Positions 30,254 to 44,696 are shown, counted from the first letter of the stretch. The stretch: DNA of 64,000 bases from Bugula neritina (GCA_964035545.1 OZ037766.1:16296722-16360721); one strand, 5' to 3'. Program-made: numbers and translations. Notes: generated by a model not told the origin, from the letters alone.

Positions 30254-31910
30254 CTAACAATGTTCATAGCCATAGTTTAATGCCCACAGGGCATACACAA
30301 CATACTTATTCAGTTTGAAATCTGTACTGTAGCATCTTTCTGACTGTCCTGCGTCACGTTTATCATGAGTTACGTCTGCTTTCTTTTGGTCAGTCTGTTG
30401 AGTCTTCGATTCTAATAAATTCTTTACTTCTGCTTCTGGCACATACATGCGATTAATGAGTATGAAACGGGCACATAGACACATGATCGGCAAACACACA
30501 GAGCTAAAGTAAGCGATGCTATATTCACCTTGCAGTAACATACGGCAATATCTGGCAAAAAATTTTAAGACTAAAATAAATGTGCAAACGAGGAGGAAAT
30601 CGACTATTGGTTCTAGGATAGACACTAGCAAAGCAAAAACGTAATTTAGCCAGACAAGGTAGTTTGTTAGTGGAAGTTGATCATTTAACTCTTCATTTTT
30701 AACTTGTAATGTTCTAATGAGGTAGTCGACAAAACGACAAATCATTGGTGTCTTAGAAATTACTTTGCAGTGTACACTTGGTAACCAAAAGCCAGTGTTA
30801 GAGGTACTTGTATCCACTTGAGATAACTAGATGAAGCGTTTCTTAGTTCAATTTCTTCCACAACTTCACTAGCAGCAACAGTTGACACGCCCACGGCACA
30901 GCACACCAATGTTACTATGAGTAGTGAGAGAACTTTACCTGAAAAGCATGTAAGTAATCCAGATGCTCAACACTGAACTCAATTGTATTATAGAAATAGT
31001 GGGCTTAAAGGCGAAGGAAATGAGCTAGTATTTAAGTAGGTCAGTCACCTCAGTGTTGGCAATTATTTCTACTTCATTGAGTGTTGAACTGTTATCCCTC
31101 TTTGAATTTTTCATAAAATTAATACTTACTAATATCTATATGACTTTTGTTCACATCTTAAAAAGTTTATAGCGAAAAGATCATATTTTTCAAGTTTAAA
31201 ATTACATATCTTATAGAATGAAATTCTTATATAGATAACATCATTGAAAATGCTCTAAGCATCAAATGCATAAAATTAAACTTTTAACTCTTGAAGCCAT
31301 TGATTGGTCATCAGAGCTGGGTGACAGACCTACTAAAATACCAGCTCGTTTCCTTCTCGTTTAAGCCATATTATTTCTATAATACAAATTGAGTTTGGGT
31401 TGGGGAAATTTATTTATTTTCGTAACAGTGGTGTTACACTTTGGTGTAAAATTAAAGTTCAAAGTTAGGTTTGTAAGATCTTGTAAAAAAGTCATTGGGA
31501 CTAAATGCTGGCAATTGTACCTGGCACTACTAAAGAGCAGGAATTGAACTGCAGTGCTAGTACGGTATATTAATATTGATCTTATAACTAGATGCATCAG
31601 CTGCTCACTAGCATGCAAGGTGTTCAGCAAGATGTGTTAAATATTCTGCAAAGTGGTAGCAGCAGACAGTGGCCAATAAAACATGCAAGTTATTTGAAAT
31701 TTTTTAATTATAATATGATTATTTGTATAACATTGAATGCATGGATGTTTGACCAACACACTCTCTTTAAGGTCTGCTAGAGCCTAGAAGGTTATCTGTA
31801 ACTTAGTAATCATGATAGTTCTGCATACCTCCGAGAATTTTAAGAATAGCTACTTGTTGCCAAAGCTCATTGTGGTTCAGCTCAAACAGAGTCAGTTTTC
31901 CTAGTTGCAT
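30254..31910 (-). CDS. Divergent multi-pass membrane protein, possibly TMEM82-like; 5' end uncertain, may be degenerate
   Basis: Candidate exons 31910-31829 (donor GAG|GTATG), 30938-30764 (acceptor TTTTCAG) and 30713-30254 join in phase via a 50-nt GT-AG intron to give about 238 aa with several hydrophobic segments. Short blocks resemble human TMEM82 as recalled from memory (FVG; VAA..VV.E..LR..S; AR...Y...VCL; LIN). No search was run. Confidence 0.5.
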
Positions 31911-34398
31911 CCCAACAAAAACTGTTATTTGTAGGACTACAGCTTTTGTGAAGCAGCAGCTCTACTCACTTACAAAATAATAATAAAAATAGGTGTGTTT
32001 GTCAGTTAAGTCAACAATTGCTCAACAATGGTATTCAAAAATATAATACATATTGAAATGCACAATATTATATTGTTGCGATATCATAATTACATTAGCA
32101 ATATGACATTGTTGTCGAGGTCAACAATTATGATATAAACCTAGTTTTATGAGTGTATTTTGTAAGGAGGGGGAAGTTACAGGAAAATTTTTACATCTTA
32201 TTATGTAATTCAATATAGACTGAGAGCAACAGTGATATTCAAATTATGATGCAATCTTAATGGATATTGGTGAATTTTCAAAAAATCATGCCAATAATAG
32301 CGGTCAAAAAGTTAATACTTATAAAGTACGTGTCACACACTGCAATCTAATCCCTGATAAAGTACATGCCACGTAATCTGGAAAACAATTGAGGTATAGG
32401 TGCAACATTATAGAGAACATGAAAAAGTATTGTTCTAGATTATTAATGTAGCATAAGAAGTTACATCCTTGTGTGAATGTCAGCCCATACTACCCCAAAC
32501 CAAAATTTAAGAAACTTAAAGAACAATTTCTCCACTACTGCACTTAAATGAATGTATTACGTATACAATTCTAGAATCAAAACTTGGCACAGCAAGCCAT
32601 TAATAAGAGTTGCTCCAAAAACCTTTTCTCAGCCGACCAAGGAAAGATGAGCAAGTATCTAAAACTGCTATTATATGGATATCAACCAGTTCGTCTACAT
32701 CTATATAGTAGTTACTATGTTTAGGCCTTTTCTTTCAATAGATCCCTAGCCCAACTATTTCCACAAACTTTTTCAGATTATAGGCTATCAATGAAATTTA
32801 TTACCTATAGCTGAACTCAGTTGACTAAAATGAACATTATATAATATATATGATGTAATGTAGCTCAGTATTAGTAAAGTAATGTTGTGCAATTAGGTTA
32901 AAATAAAGTCACTGCATTCCCTTATGATGGATTCGTATGGGAGGCTCATAAGGATGAATTTGCAGATTGCTGTAACCTATGGTTGCATGTGATTTCATTC
33001 ACACTGTCCCTGTATCGATGAAAATCCATTCACATAATACAAAGCATGGGAACATAGTGCTGTGAGTGTATTGCAGCATAAGATCACCTGTAGGGCATGT
33101 TTAGACAGATAATGTAAGTTAGTAGAGTGAAGTAGAATGCATATGTGTGCACATGATCAGTGCCGATTACAAGCCACCAAACGTTCAACTAAATATACTC
33201 ATAGTAATTGATTAAGGGTAAAAATTTATTGGCTATAAATATTTTTTATTTTAAAAACTAATAAAAAGCTGTCCATAATGTTTTAATATGTAATTTTCAG
33301 TATACATATATATTATCAAGTAGAATAAGTACATATGGACTGTAATATGTAGAAATGATACATTCTTGTTCATGTACTATTAGTGTCTAAAAGCAAGCAC
33401 CTCAATCAAATTTATACACAATCACAGTCTCAACATGATATACATTTGTATATTTTATTCTGTTGACAGACTAGAGATGAAATTAAAAATATTCGACAAA
33501 TATATTACCACAAGTTCTATTGTATATTTTTTCACTTTGACATTTTTCTCAATATAATAAATAGGTTCATATGTCTTTATATTAAATTCAAAAGCAACTA
33601 AGTCTATAAATATATATCACTTGATATCCCGAAATAGTTGAATAAATGCAACTTATAAGCTTTCTATTGCTGAGTTATCATTTATCAACTAAGGATGCAT
33701 TTGGATTCCCTCGCCGACAAAACTATGGAAGCTAAATTGAGTTGATTACGAAGTTATAAACCCCTGCCATATACAGATGAGTGGAAGTGTGGAACACTTC
33801 TAAAATTCAACTCAATCACTGACCAGCCCATCTCAATGCCTATTTTTGTTTTATAATATGCAGAGAGAAAATAAAGAGAAGTTGCTACAAATAAAAGGCC
33901 TTAGCTTTGTGATAAAAAATGAGGCTTTTTATTTTAGCAATTGCTTTAACATTGAGTATTGTCGACTCCCAAATTTTCCTATAACCAAGCTGCACACCCC
34001 TTGACTAGCTCACAAGGAGCATAAACAAGCAATTAATCAGAGGGGATCCAAAAGCATCCAAGATGAAACAGACTGTGAATTCAGTTGGTTCAATGGTTAA
34101 AATATGAAAATGATAATACTTGCAAGAGTTATCTTCTTAAGTTGTACTTCAGACAAAGAGCAGACAACTACTTAACATGTCTTTAAGCAGCAACACAAAA
34201 CTGTTTGCTATTGAAATTGCATTTTTAGACATTCAGCTGCTGCTTTTTAAAACAATCCTCAAAATTTTTGTCATCAACTGTCAAATTTCAATGTTATACG
34301 TATAATTATACTGAGGTGAAAATACCCCTATACACTACAAGGCTTCAGATAGTGAATTTAGCTGCTAGTACATGCTATAAACCTCTAAATGTATATTC

Positions 34399-37300
34399 TC
34401 ACTTGCAGAGGAAATCAATGTTTGCTTTAACACTGATGCCAGTGTCTATGTCGACAGCACTCACTTTAACTTCTGTGTCGCCAAACTCCATTCTTGCCTG
34501 AATCTCTCGACGTTTACGAGCAGGTACTTTATCAATGACTTTAGTGAGGTCGAGCTGTAAAGTGCCGCATTTCCTAACACCAACATCGGTTATGAACTTA
34601 ACATCAGTTTTGTCAGCAGAATATATGTTGATGATGCTTAATTTTTGTCCTACTTTAGCGGGAGTGTAACTCCTGATTACGGTGTTTCCCAGTGTTACAG
34701 GTTCATCTGTGAGTACAAACTTATCAAAGACGTCTGTACACCATTCAATCCCATCTCTCTTTATTAACTTATGTTTAGGATGCTTGCCTTTAACAAACCT
34801 GTTGAGCACACCTACACCGTAGGTCTGTCTGCTAATTCTTACGTGTATCACTGTTGGATCATGTCCAAACAAAACTGCCCCTGTAACATTAGCAAATAGT
34901 AGCACACAATTTGCTTTTAAAGTGTTGGTATATGTAATTAATAATAGTGTAAATAAACTTTTGACTCAAACTTATAAAATTAATTGTGTTAATTCGGTAC
35001 TTTAATAGATACCTTAGTAGCTGTATGTGCTAGATGATAAGATAATATAATATGTGATGGCAAATTGTTGAGTTATAATCCAAATTAAAATATGTATATA
35101 TATTAATTACGTTGGTATTATAATTTGTGAGAAATGACGATTAAATGTTTGAGTGTATAGGTTTTAAAAAGAATTTAGATACCGTAGTTCAGAGATTAGA
35201 TTTGATAACATTATTATACTATATTGACTTTATACTTTAGTTTTTGAGCTGAATCTTTTTAAATATAATTGTGTTAAGGTGGTGTAGATTAATACACCAA
35301 CAAAATGTACAATGCACAATATGACTTTGATTTTGCAAGTTTGGCTGAAAGTTTTACATTAGTAGTTGTGTTTAGTATTCACAGATAGGCTGCTAGAATA
35401 CTATATGCACGCTGATTGCTTACCTTTCAAAATACTGAGTCCAACATCTTGAGGGATGATAACTTTGAGCATTGAGGAAAACTCTTTTCTTATTTCAAGT
35501 TGTAAGAGGGGTGACTCAGCAAACCCTCCAACCAAAAACAGATGTTGAATCCCTGTCAAAGAATAGTTACTTTACTATAACTAGGATTATGTTATATAGG
35601 AATGAATGAGGGTGCTTGAGTATTATTATATTACACATACAGGGCAACGAGTGCTCAGTATCTTAAACCTATTATAAGATCAGTTATTTATTGATAGCAT
35701 GCTTAGAGGTGGCATTAGATCCTCAGAAACATGTGAAATATTTAGATCATTTTTGATGACATCGTTACAATATGCACAGAGCTACACATCAAAGCATCAT
35801 GCCATCTGCAATAAATCTAAAGTTACAATATGTTGAGTTTTATAAACACAATTAAGGTCACTTTTCAATACTTGTTATGGCTCCATAAAGCAATAAATTT
35901 GTCACATGCATCTTTTATTATTTTTAGACAACTAGAAACTAAATATCTACTAAATATTTTACAAAATAATTTATCAATTTATTACACTGATGAACTAAAC
36001 TACAGTTTTAAAATTATTTCTTCAATTTCCTCAATTATATACCTGAGCCCACCAAGTATTGGGATATTTGAGACTGAAAGACGTTAGTTAGAGCCTATAA
36101 GGGTTCAAGGTCAATGTTCTCCATAACTTATCAATCCTACACCTCAAACTCATAACTTTAGTTAATAGACCAAATTGACCTGCAGCTTTAGGCTATTATC
36201 GCAAAAGACTAACTAGTGTTTTGTTGCATACATTGATACTTCTTTTTCATGCCATTACATTAGCCGCTATATAGTTTGATGAAGAAACAATATAAGTTAT
36301 TCTTTTAGTGTGTTATCAACATTTGATAACGCACATTGTATTTAATACAGTAATAAACTAATATGAATTTAATCGTACCTGAGCTGTCATTAGCTATCAT
36401 AACAGCACCAACAGCTTCCTTGATTTTCAATATGGTTGGCATAAATAGCTTCCTCATAGCTGCCTGAGTAAGTCTGAGCATGCCCTGTGCTGACCATCTG
36501 ATGTCCGGGTCCTCATATTTCCTGATTGCAGTTTCCACAGTTTTACCCTGTAAAGGTTATCCTAATTATTAAGTCTGGATTAAACGGGAGAGTCTAGCCA
36601 ACAACGAAGTTTTAACACTTTTACTGACTACTGAGATGAAATGCTCACGTTATTTCTGCTCTGGGTCTCTTGCAAATTAAATATTTACACTGTATAACAT
36701 ATACCTCTAGATTTAACGTCTCTATTGCATACTACTATTATGTACATGTCTATACAACTGCAGTAATATAAAAGTCAAGACATATATTGATCCCATATTG
36801 TTACAAGGAAGCTGTTAATGTATGAAAAGTATAACATAGTGTTATACATAACATGACTAATATTATATATAACCATATTGTAAGGGAGCAGCGGTGGTCT
36901 AGGGGTTAGAGCATTTGGCTTAGTGTACACAAAGTCATGGGTTCGAATCCCAGTAATGGTCATTGGTGATGTTAAGAAAACCATCCAGTCATAATTGTTC
37001 CTGTGCCCCATCTGAATAAGTCCCTAGCTCGATTTAACAAAAAAAACCCTTCCATCAGGGGTTTTCTCAAAGGACTGGCGACTCAAACTTGCGTGAGTTT
37101 TATATAACCATATTATATAATATAGAATAAATATCATACATTAGGAAATAAGTTAAAACTTATAGAACTTAGTCTTGTAAAGAACAATACATACTATACT
37201 GCTATTATAGACAAAATAAAACAAACACCTTATTTAACTGTTAGCTTGAATCCCAGTAAAACTTTAAACTATGACAAAAACATTTAATACCTGCTTGAAA

Positions 37301-40300
37301 ACTGTTAATTTATTTATTATAATTACGGAGATATTCCAACAAAGTATTATACCCTATATGGTATAATACTTTGTTAAACCAATGACTTGCCCTGTATTTT
37401 TTGTAGTAGTCTATAAAAGAGAACGGCAGGGAGATGTTTAAGGGCATGTCTTTGTAGGGGCTGGCAGATCTTTTTCTAGACTCAAATGCTATCATTAGAT
37501 CAACATATCCTGCTGGCCGCTTGGCTTTAAACGTCTCAATAAAGTCCGTGCCAAATATATTAGCTAGAAGTTGCTCAAACTCATTGTCCACACCTGCGTG
37601 TATACAGCAGCTTTATAAATAACGAAGCCGCCCAAATTCTCCGTCAATTTTCATGACATATTGTTGTATAGAGATGGTCACAATGCATGGGAACTTAATA
37701 AGATGAAATAATCATATTTTCGATTATATGCAATTTCAACTAAACTCACCAAAACATGAAAGCTCAAGATAACTCAACTATTAGTCAGAGTTCAACACAT
37801 CCATTTAAGGTTGATAAAAATTTGGGTGCTGACATGCGTGAAATTTCCTGTAGACTTACCAACTGAGCCGTGAGGACCACCAGAAGCTCTGTATAGCTCT
37901 CTGAGTCTACCACCAACACCAGCCAACTCATGTACAGTAATATCAACTGTGCCACCACCACAGTCCACAACCATGTAGCTGGAGCCTGTAACGCAATAGC
38001 TTTATAACTAGATGACTGATTAATACAGAATATCGACTGGGATGAATAAATCAAACTTTGGTTAATTTAATATAACAATAAATATGGAAGCTGTGCAAGC
38101 GGTAATAGTAAATTCCCCAATCATGCACACATGCATAAACCCTCTATATAAAATTGAGTTTTCTACCAAGCTTGATGGGTTGTCTTCTCAAAGTATGTTC
38201 ACTGAAGGTAAAACAGATAATTTATGATAGCAACAAAGTTATATTTAGCAACAAGAAATGTATAAGAATTTAACTGTGTTAAAAGGAAATTATAAAAAAC
38301 AGAGCAAATTTTGAAAATATTATTTCAAGTGTACTTTTTATTGTACTAAGTTAAATTGCCTAGAATTATTTTGTTGAATAAAACTAATTGCTTATTTTTG
38401 TTTGCTTTTTAACACAATTGCACACTCTACTTTGATGTGCTGAACTTAATTATTATGAAAGCCAAAATTTCTTATTGCAATTAAAAATATAATATGGTTA
38501 TGCAAGAAAAAAAGAATAATTTGAGAAAAAGTATCGCATAAATGGTGCTTTTTATTAAAAAATTGTAAAAAAGCATCAGTTGTAATTAGTTTAGAAGCCC
38601 ATTGAGAATGTGGCTAAACACTTACATCAACTGACTGCCATTCAAAGAGTTTCATGCATTTAGAGAGTAGCTGCAGAGAGATGATGCAGAGAGCTCAAGC
38701 AGCATGCATTGCATACACATGCTGCAACAGAAGAGTTATTACAGAAAGCATGCACCTTATATACACTAATGGATGCAGATGGACACAGAGTAAACTCTTG
38801 TAACAAATATAAAATTGCTATTACTACGCCATTATGCACAGCAGTTGCTTATACAGTAGCAACTGTGAAACATTGAAATTTTATAGCATCTGAGAAATTG
38901 ACTGGTATTTAGTCTAGATATTTATTAACAAATAATGTAACATTAGGAATTTAGCTGTTGGAAATGTTTGAATATTAGATATTAGGATGTAGAAACTGTA
39001 TAACTTTCACACTTAAGCTTTTATGAGATTTAGAAAGTTGACTGCAACTAGAAGGCATGTAAAGTATCAGTTATCTACAGAAACCACAGAACTTGTTGCT
39101 AATCACACATCTAATCAAATTTTGCAGAGAAAGAGCTGACCTTGTACCAAGTCTTCAACTATATCAGTGGGAGCTGCAATCAATCAACAATTAACATCAC
39201 AGCAACCAATGACGTGGCACATACTGGTTACTTAGCAACGACACTAACAGAATATTTCACAAGTGCAGCTATTTTGTAATGACCTGGTAGTTAGAAACAG
39301 AAAATAATCAGTATCAAGTTGGTGTAGATTTCTAGTTTAGTTTCTTTTGAAAACAAATATGCAAAAATAAAAATTTATGGGCTTTATGTTCCGCAAAGAC
39401 ATTGCATGTTTCAGAATAAATTATGACCAGTTTCCAAAACTAAAATAAATTTGGTTTGTAGTGCTTATTTTTAGTTATAATTATGAGTAATATAAACTAA
39501 TTCACTGATTATTTATAGTAAATAGCTACAAAATAGTTGCCACCTGTGCATACTGGGAAAGTTGGCCAATTGAAACGAAAATAATAACATTAATATCATG
39601 CTAAAACTCAACCACAACAGCATGAGGTTGGCATGCCAAGGTTTAGTAGGAAGTACCCTCTATGTTAATCACAACACCATACTATACATGTGCAAAATAA
39701 AACGACTACTAAATTAAAAATAAGATGGAAATAAAGAAAATACTTATTAGATTTTATTTATTTGCTTCTGAATACCAGAAATTTACTAATAACTGAAGAC
39801 CAAGAAATTGTCAAGTTTTAAGTTGCCATTATACCTTCACGATTTTCGGTCAGAAATTAAATTTGGCCGGGTTGAAATTTTTCCGAGTTGCATTGCATTG
39901 TAAAAGCCACTCGTAGAAATTTTTGTACTGTGATAACTTAATTGGCCAATTTCAGAATAATACTCAAAAGGAGTAATAACTCCTTGTAAACATCCTTATT
40001 ATTTTAGTTACGACTTTGGCGATTAGATGGCATACTTATATGTTGATAATTATATCACCTACGCCTTCTCAATTGTCGCTTTTATGCTGTCAGCTTCACT
40101 AATTCACGACATTTACAAAGGGCATCAAATAGCGATTAGTCGAGTCAAATTTCAATTTCAGCTAGTGAGTTTCCACATCAATATGATTAAAACAATTTTA
40201 AGTTTGACTATAAGGGGTACCCAGACAAGCATTATTAACTCAAACTCAGTACTTTTTTCAGCGGAGGTATAAACGCAACTTTAGAGTAAAGAATTCTAGC

Positions 40301-43300
40301 TGATATGCAAAAAGTTGCATCAAATAGTTCTCATAAACAAAAGCTATATTGCAAAGTTTAACACTTCCATATTCTACATTATACTATAATAACAATTATT
40401 GTTCTACCTATTTGCAAATGATCGCCAATTCTGTCCTCAATGACATCTGGCACTTCTACCAACTTCCTGTTTCGCTCCAGAGTGAGAGGCTGGAGGGCTG
40501 GTGGACTGTCGGGGACCAGCTGACTCAGACGCAGTCTTCTGCAATATATGGAAGCAGCTTCCGGTTCCAGAGATATGACTAACTGTTCTGGGTGCTCCAG
40601 GGATGCAAGGCCTGCCTGCATAACAGTTAATGATATAACTTTAGATTGTTTTAATATTAGGATTGTTTTATTGCTATGTACTTTAATATAATGTATAGAT
40701 AAAGCACCTTTAACTAAAATAACTCACAGCAACAGCTTCTGCACAATTTTACATTATCGAGTAAAAGCCCTCTGTACATCATTATTGACTAGCTCCAAAT
40801 TCATTTTTTCAACTTTTTTCAGCCAGTTAAATAAACAGTTATTTAAACTGCAATTTATTGTTACTAATAGGAAGTATAGCATCACGACGTTTATAAACAT
40901 ACTTTGATAAACTAGATGGTTTACAATCTTATACAAGTTTGCAAAGCAATCGTAGATTATTTATGAAAGGGAAGAAATTTTAAAGCCCTAATGCAAGCAC
41001 ACATTATGTAGTTGGTTACTATTACACATTGAATATTTTGATATCATACACTGTGAGGAGTTAGATACATAATACCAAAGAGAAATATTATGATGTTACA
41101 ACCTTCCTTTCAGCTGGCCGATATGCATCTCTAATAATTTCTACAGCTATGAGTTAATCAATGTTACTGTACACTTTCTGTATTTAAGTAAAAATATTAC
41201 AGATAAAATGCTAAATTACATACATGTAGATATTGCAATATATAATCGTAACAAATGTGCATAATTCTAATTTTTCAACCGTCAAACTTCTAAACTATTA
41301 ACGGGACTAGCTAGTAAGCAAACACTTGTATTTCACTTGTAGAATGCATTCCATACTACTGCGTCTAGAAAACATGGTGCATAATTACCTCGTATGCAGC
41401 TTCTCTCATGAATTGCTTGGCTGGTTGTTTCCATATAGCAGGCACTGTCAGCACCCATTTTATATCTTCACTTAAAATCTTTAATCCTGATTGGTCACTC
41501 AGTTCTCCCAAAGCATGATCTCGAAAGAATTGGAGAGAATATGAGAAGACTTTCTTAGCAGGGAACTTCTCTCCATTAGCAGCAACAAGCATGGTTTCAT
41601 GGTTCAGACCCTGGGATAACACAGGTTATACTATTACACAGCAGCAACCTTTCCTCTCATACTAGTTTTTAAGAGCACTCACTTTACACATACTTTACAC
41701 ACACCTTACACACACTTTACACACACCTTACACACACCTTACACACACTTTACAAAGACCTTACGACTTACAGTTTACACACCTCACACATATGACATCT
41801 TTCTAAATTACGCTGCTCAGTAAAATATCGAATATGACAACCTATCACATTCATCAACTATGCAAAACCCAAGCAAAATATGTTTCAAATTTTACAAAAT
41901 ACTCATGACACCCTATATAATACAGTATGAAGTTATTTACAAATTATGCAAGTCACTATTTTGAACTAACAGGAATTTATAATAGTAATTATATCCTATT
42001 CTACCAATACTGCAAACCTGTACTATGAAAATAAATATTTTAAGCAGATAGTAATATACTTCTCTATTGTCATCCCTAAACTACATTATGCAATATACAG
42101 TTGTATGAACTATCTCCCTGTCAAAATACATTCAACATTTGATGTAATCTTGTAAAAATATTTTATAATGAACTGCAATAAAATAGGAATGCTAGACTAC
42201 CCCATGACTGGTGACATGTAAATCTCTGTTCACATAACTTTAAATGTCAAAGACTTTGTATTCATCTTACCGCATGATAATGCAAAACCATTTTGAATTT
42301 GTCAAAGTACAGCCACTTCTTAGCTTCAGATGCATCCAAGTCATGATAGAAATCCCTGGCACTGAAACAGCATGCAAGATGCGACATTAAAAATGCAACG
42401 TTTAACGCACATCACTGCCATTTTTTTATATATGTGTGGGGACAAAATTAGATCTAAATGAGATATCCCTGTATAGTATCTTTAAAAAATGGAGGGAAAA
42501 AAAGTTATATGCTAAATTGAAACTTGTTGGATGGATATTAAGAATTATGCGAATGTTTATTCTACTGACTCTCCACTAAGTAGTTTCTCTGCTTAGTACT
42601 AACTCTAATTACACTATACAGTTAAAAACTGCTCGCTGACTTCACATCAGTAAGTAATACTTCAACTGCTGCAGCATAAGTTATAGGCATTTATCAGCTG
42701 TCTGAAGATAAAGAGGGTAAGAAACTAAAAATAAAACAAAATATGTTCTCTAAGTACTCCTTCCCTACTCACTGATACAGTTACGGCTGACGCTACTGTA
42801 ATTAATATTACAACACTTGCAATTATTTAAATGCCAACAATTTATCTACTTGAGGGCTGAAATACTGCCATAATATGTAAATAATGCGGAGAAAAGCTTC
42901 ATTAGAGGCACCCAACACTACATTGCTAGTACTAATTGTGTTACAATAAATATCATTTGTGGATTTGCATTGACATTTCTAGGCCCATGGAAGATACCTG
43001 TATACAGTCAAAGTCTTTAAAAAACATCATGTGAGAAAATATATTTCAAGTGGAGCAAAGTTGGAGTAAGTTGAGTTGCCATAGATGTGATACGTCGCAG
43101 AGCCTAATTCTGTAGCAATTTTTATTGGAGATCAAAGTTAGATAACTGACTGCTACAGGCCAAACATTTTTTTTTTAAATGTGGGCAGTCAATGTGTAAC
43201 CTTTCATCAACGCTAAACTAAACTGAGCTCTACTAACTACTAAAAATATATAGCAGTGGGCTATAGTATAAAGTTTTACATATTGCACTCATTACCTATA

Positions 43301-44696
43301 AACCAAATACTTTTTATACTGGCATGCAAGCTGCATTACATAATATTCCATTTTAATGTGCTTATAAGTCATAGAATAAAACTAATATATTTTACCAACA
43401 GTATTAATTAACTTGTTTTTCGAAACTCTAAAATTTGGAAAGTTTTTATTTGCATAGCTAGCAGTAAAAGTCTGCATGGCCACATGGTGACTAAACATAG
43501 AAACGTTGCAGCTGAAATCTTCAGAATGTTTCTGGCTCTTAATGTAATCACATGCGCAATAGGTGAAAATATTCTCCCCACTGGTGGGACTTCAACTCAT
43601 AGAAACTAGGAAAATATTTTTTGGTAGAGCATCATGTCCTTCCTAATATTGTATATACTGTATAGCAACAACTCTTGTTTTCACCAGTTACACCCATAGA
43701 ATATTATAGGAGTATTTACTGAGCAGTGGAAAGAATATTATGTATTCCATTATAAATATTTTAGTGAACTTGGCTCTCTTTATATTTTATTCCACAATTT
43801 ACTTATATTTTTTGATTTAACTAAAATAAATAAGAGAATATAAATTGTCCTTTTGTCACTATGAAAGAAATCATGAAAAACTTAAAAGTTAAGCAACAAA
43901 ATAGAGTAAAAGACCTATACAATTTTAGTAAGTGGCATAAATCACAATAATTTTATTCAATATCATATCTGAAAAGTCTCTTTCTTTTCAACCGAGGATC
44001 AATTAAAACATCAGAATCAAACAGCACTTGGTCACAACAAAAGGTGGACAAATTGCCTGCTGTCAGGCATCGATAATTTTGTCAGACACCTTGTTTCTGT
44101 GTGACTGCAATAAAAGCTGTTTGAATTTCAAGATGATCAAAACTTTCATAAAAACCATTATGCAACTTCCATGTTACGTACATGAACAATTCTAGAAGTA
44201 GCTTGTAGTACTTGTATTTATTCAGAATTAAAATTGTTTTAAAGAATTTCATTCAAATTTTGCTCTAAGTGTTACTCAGTAAACACATGATAGATGACTG
44301 GAAGTCATAGAAGTTTTGATTAGTGGGGGTAATGTATACAAAATGCTAGCATAGTCATACCTGAAACCAAAAGAATGGAATGTACCATCAGGTTCTAGCA
44401 AAAGACAGGTTGGGGTCTTTTGGTTGACAAGACCCGGGTCACCACCTTCCCATTTCCTCATCATGTGTATGCTGTTTGGCTCTTGACTGAAACTAAACGC
44501 GTATCCACTGAAAGTAGTTCCGAAATCTATAGCAACTACAACAAAATGGCCGCCTTGTTGTTTGGTGATGTGTGGTCCTGAGCTGGTGCCGGAGTCAATA
44601 GAGCTTCGACTAGACCTCGCATAGCGCCCCATCTCATTGACAGCACCAGCAGGTGATCCAGGAGAATTCAGAGCCATTGGATAGTTGGTAGAGCAC
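34399..44696 (-). CDS. HSPA12A: Heat shock 70 kDa protein 12 (HSPA12A/B family), conserved core
   Basis: Phase-consistent exons 44696-44361, 42361-42271, 41610-41389, 40615-40408, (39173-39141), 37985-37860, 37593-37391, 36547-36379, 35552-35424, 34880-34399. Motifs [100 protein letters not shown]-terminal IDFL. A versus B cannot be distinguished. Confidence 0.95.
36883..37100 (+). mobile_element. tRNA-derived SINE (central region resembles the MetaSINE core), copy 1
   Basis: Pol III A box GGTGGTCTAGGGG and B box GGTTCGAATCC, no closing acceptor stem; 14-bp TSD TATATAACCATATT (36866-36879, 37101-37114); a homologous copy lies at 51236-51446. Confidence 0.8.
39829..40272. mobile_element. Possible small MITE in an HSPA12 intron
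   Basis: Short inverted termini TTATACCTTC / GGAGGTATAA (9/10); the interior looks CpG-richer than the flanks. Weak support. Confidence 0.3.
41681..41790. repeat. 11-bp minisatellite (CYTTACACACA)n
   Basis: About 6-7 well-preserved units decaying rightwards. Confidence 0.9.

Noticed and set aside
36883-36960. tRNA gene
   Set aside because: A and B boxes are present, but there is no acceptor stem or terminator; it continues into a SINE body with a TSD and has a second copy.
38756-38765. 10-nt micro-exon (TAG|TGTATATAAG|GTGCAT) in HSPA12
   Set aside because: Not frame-preserving and the donor is weak.
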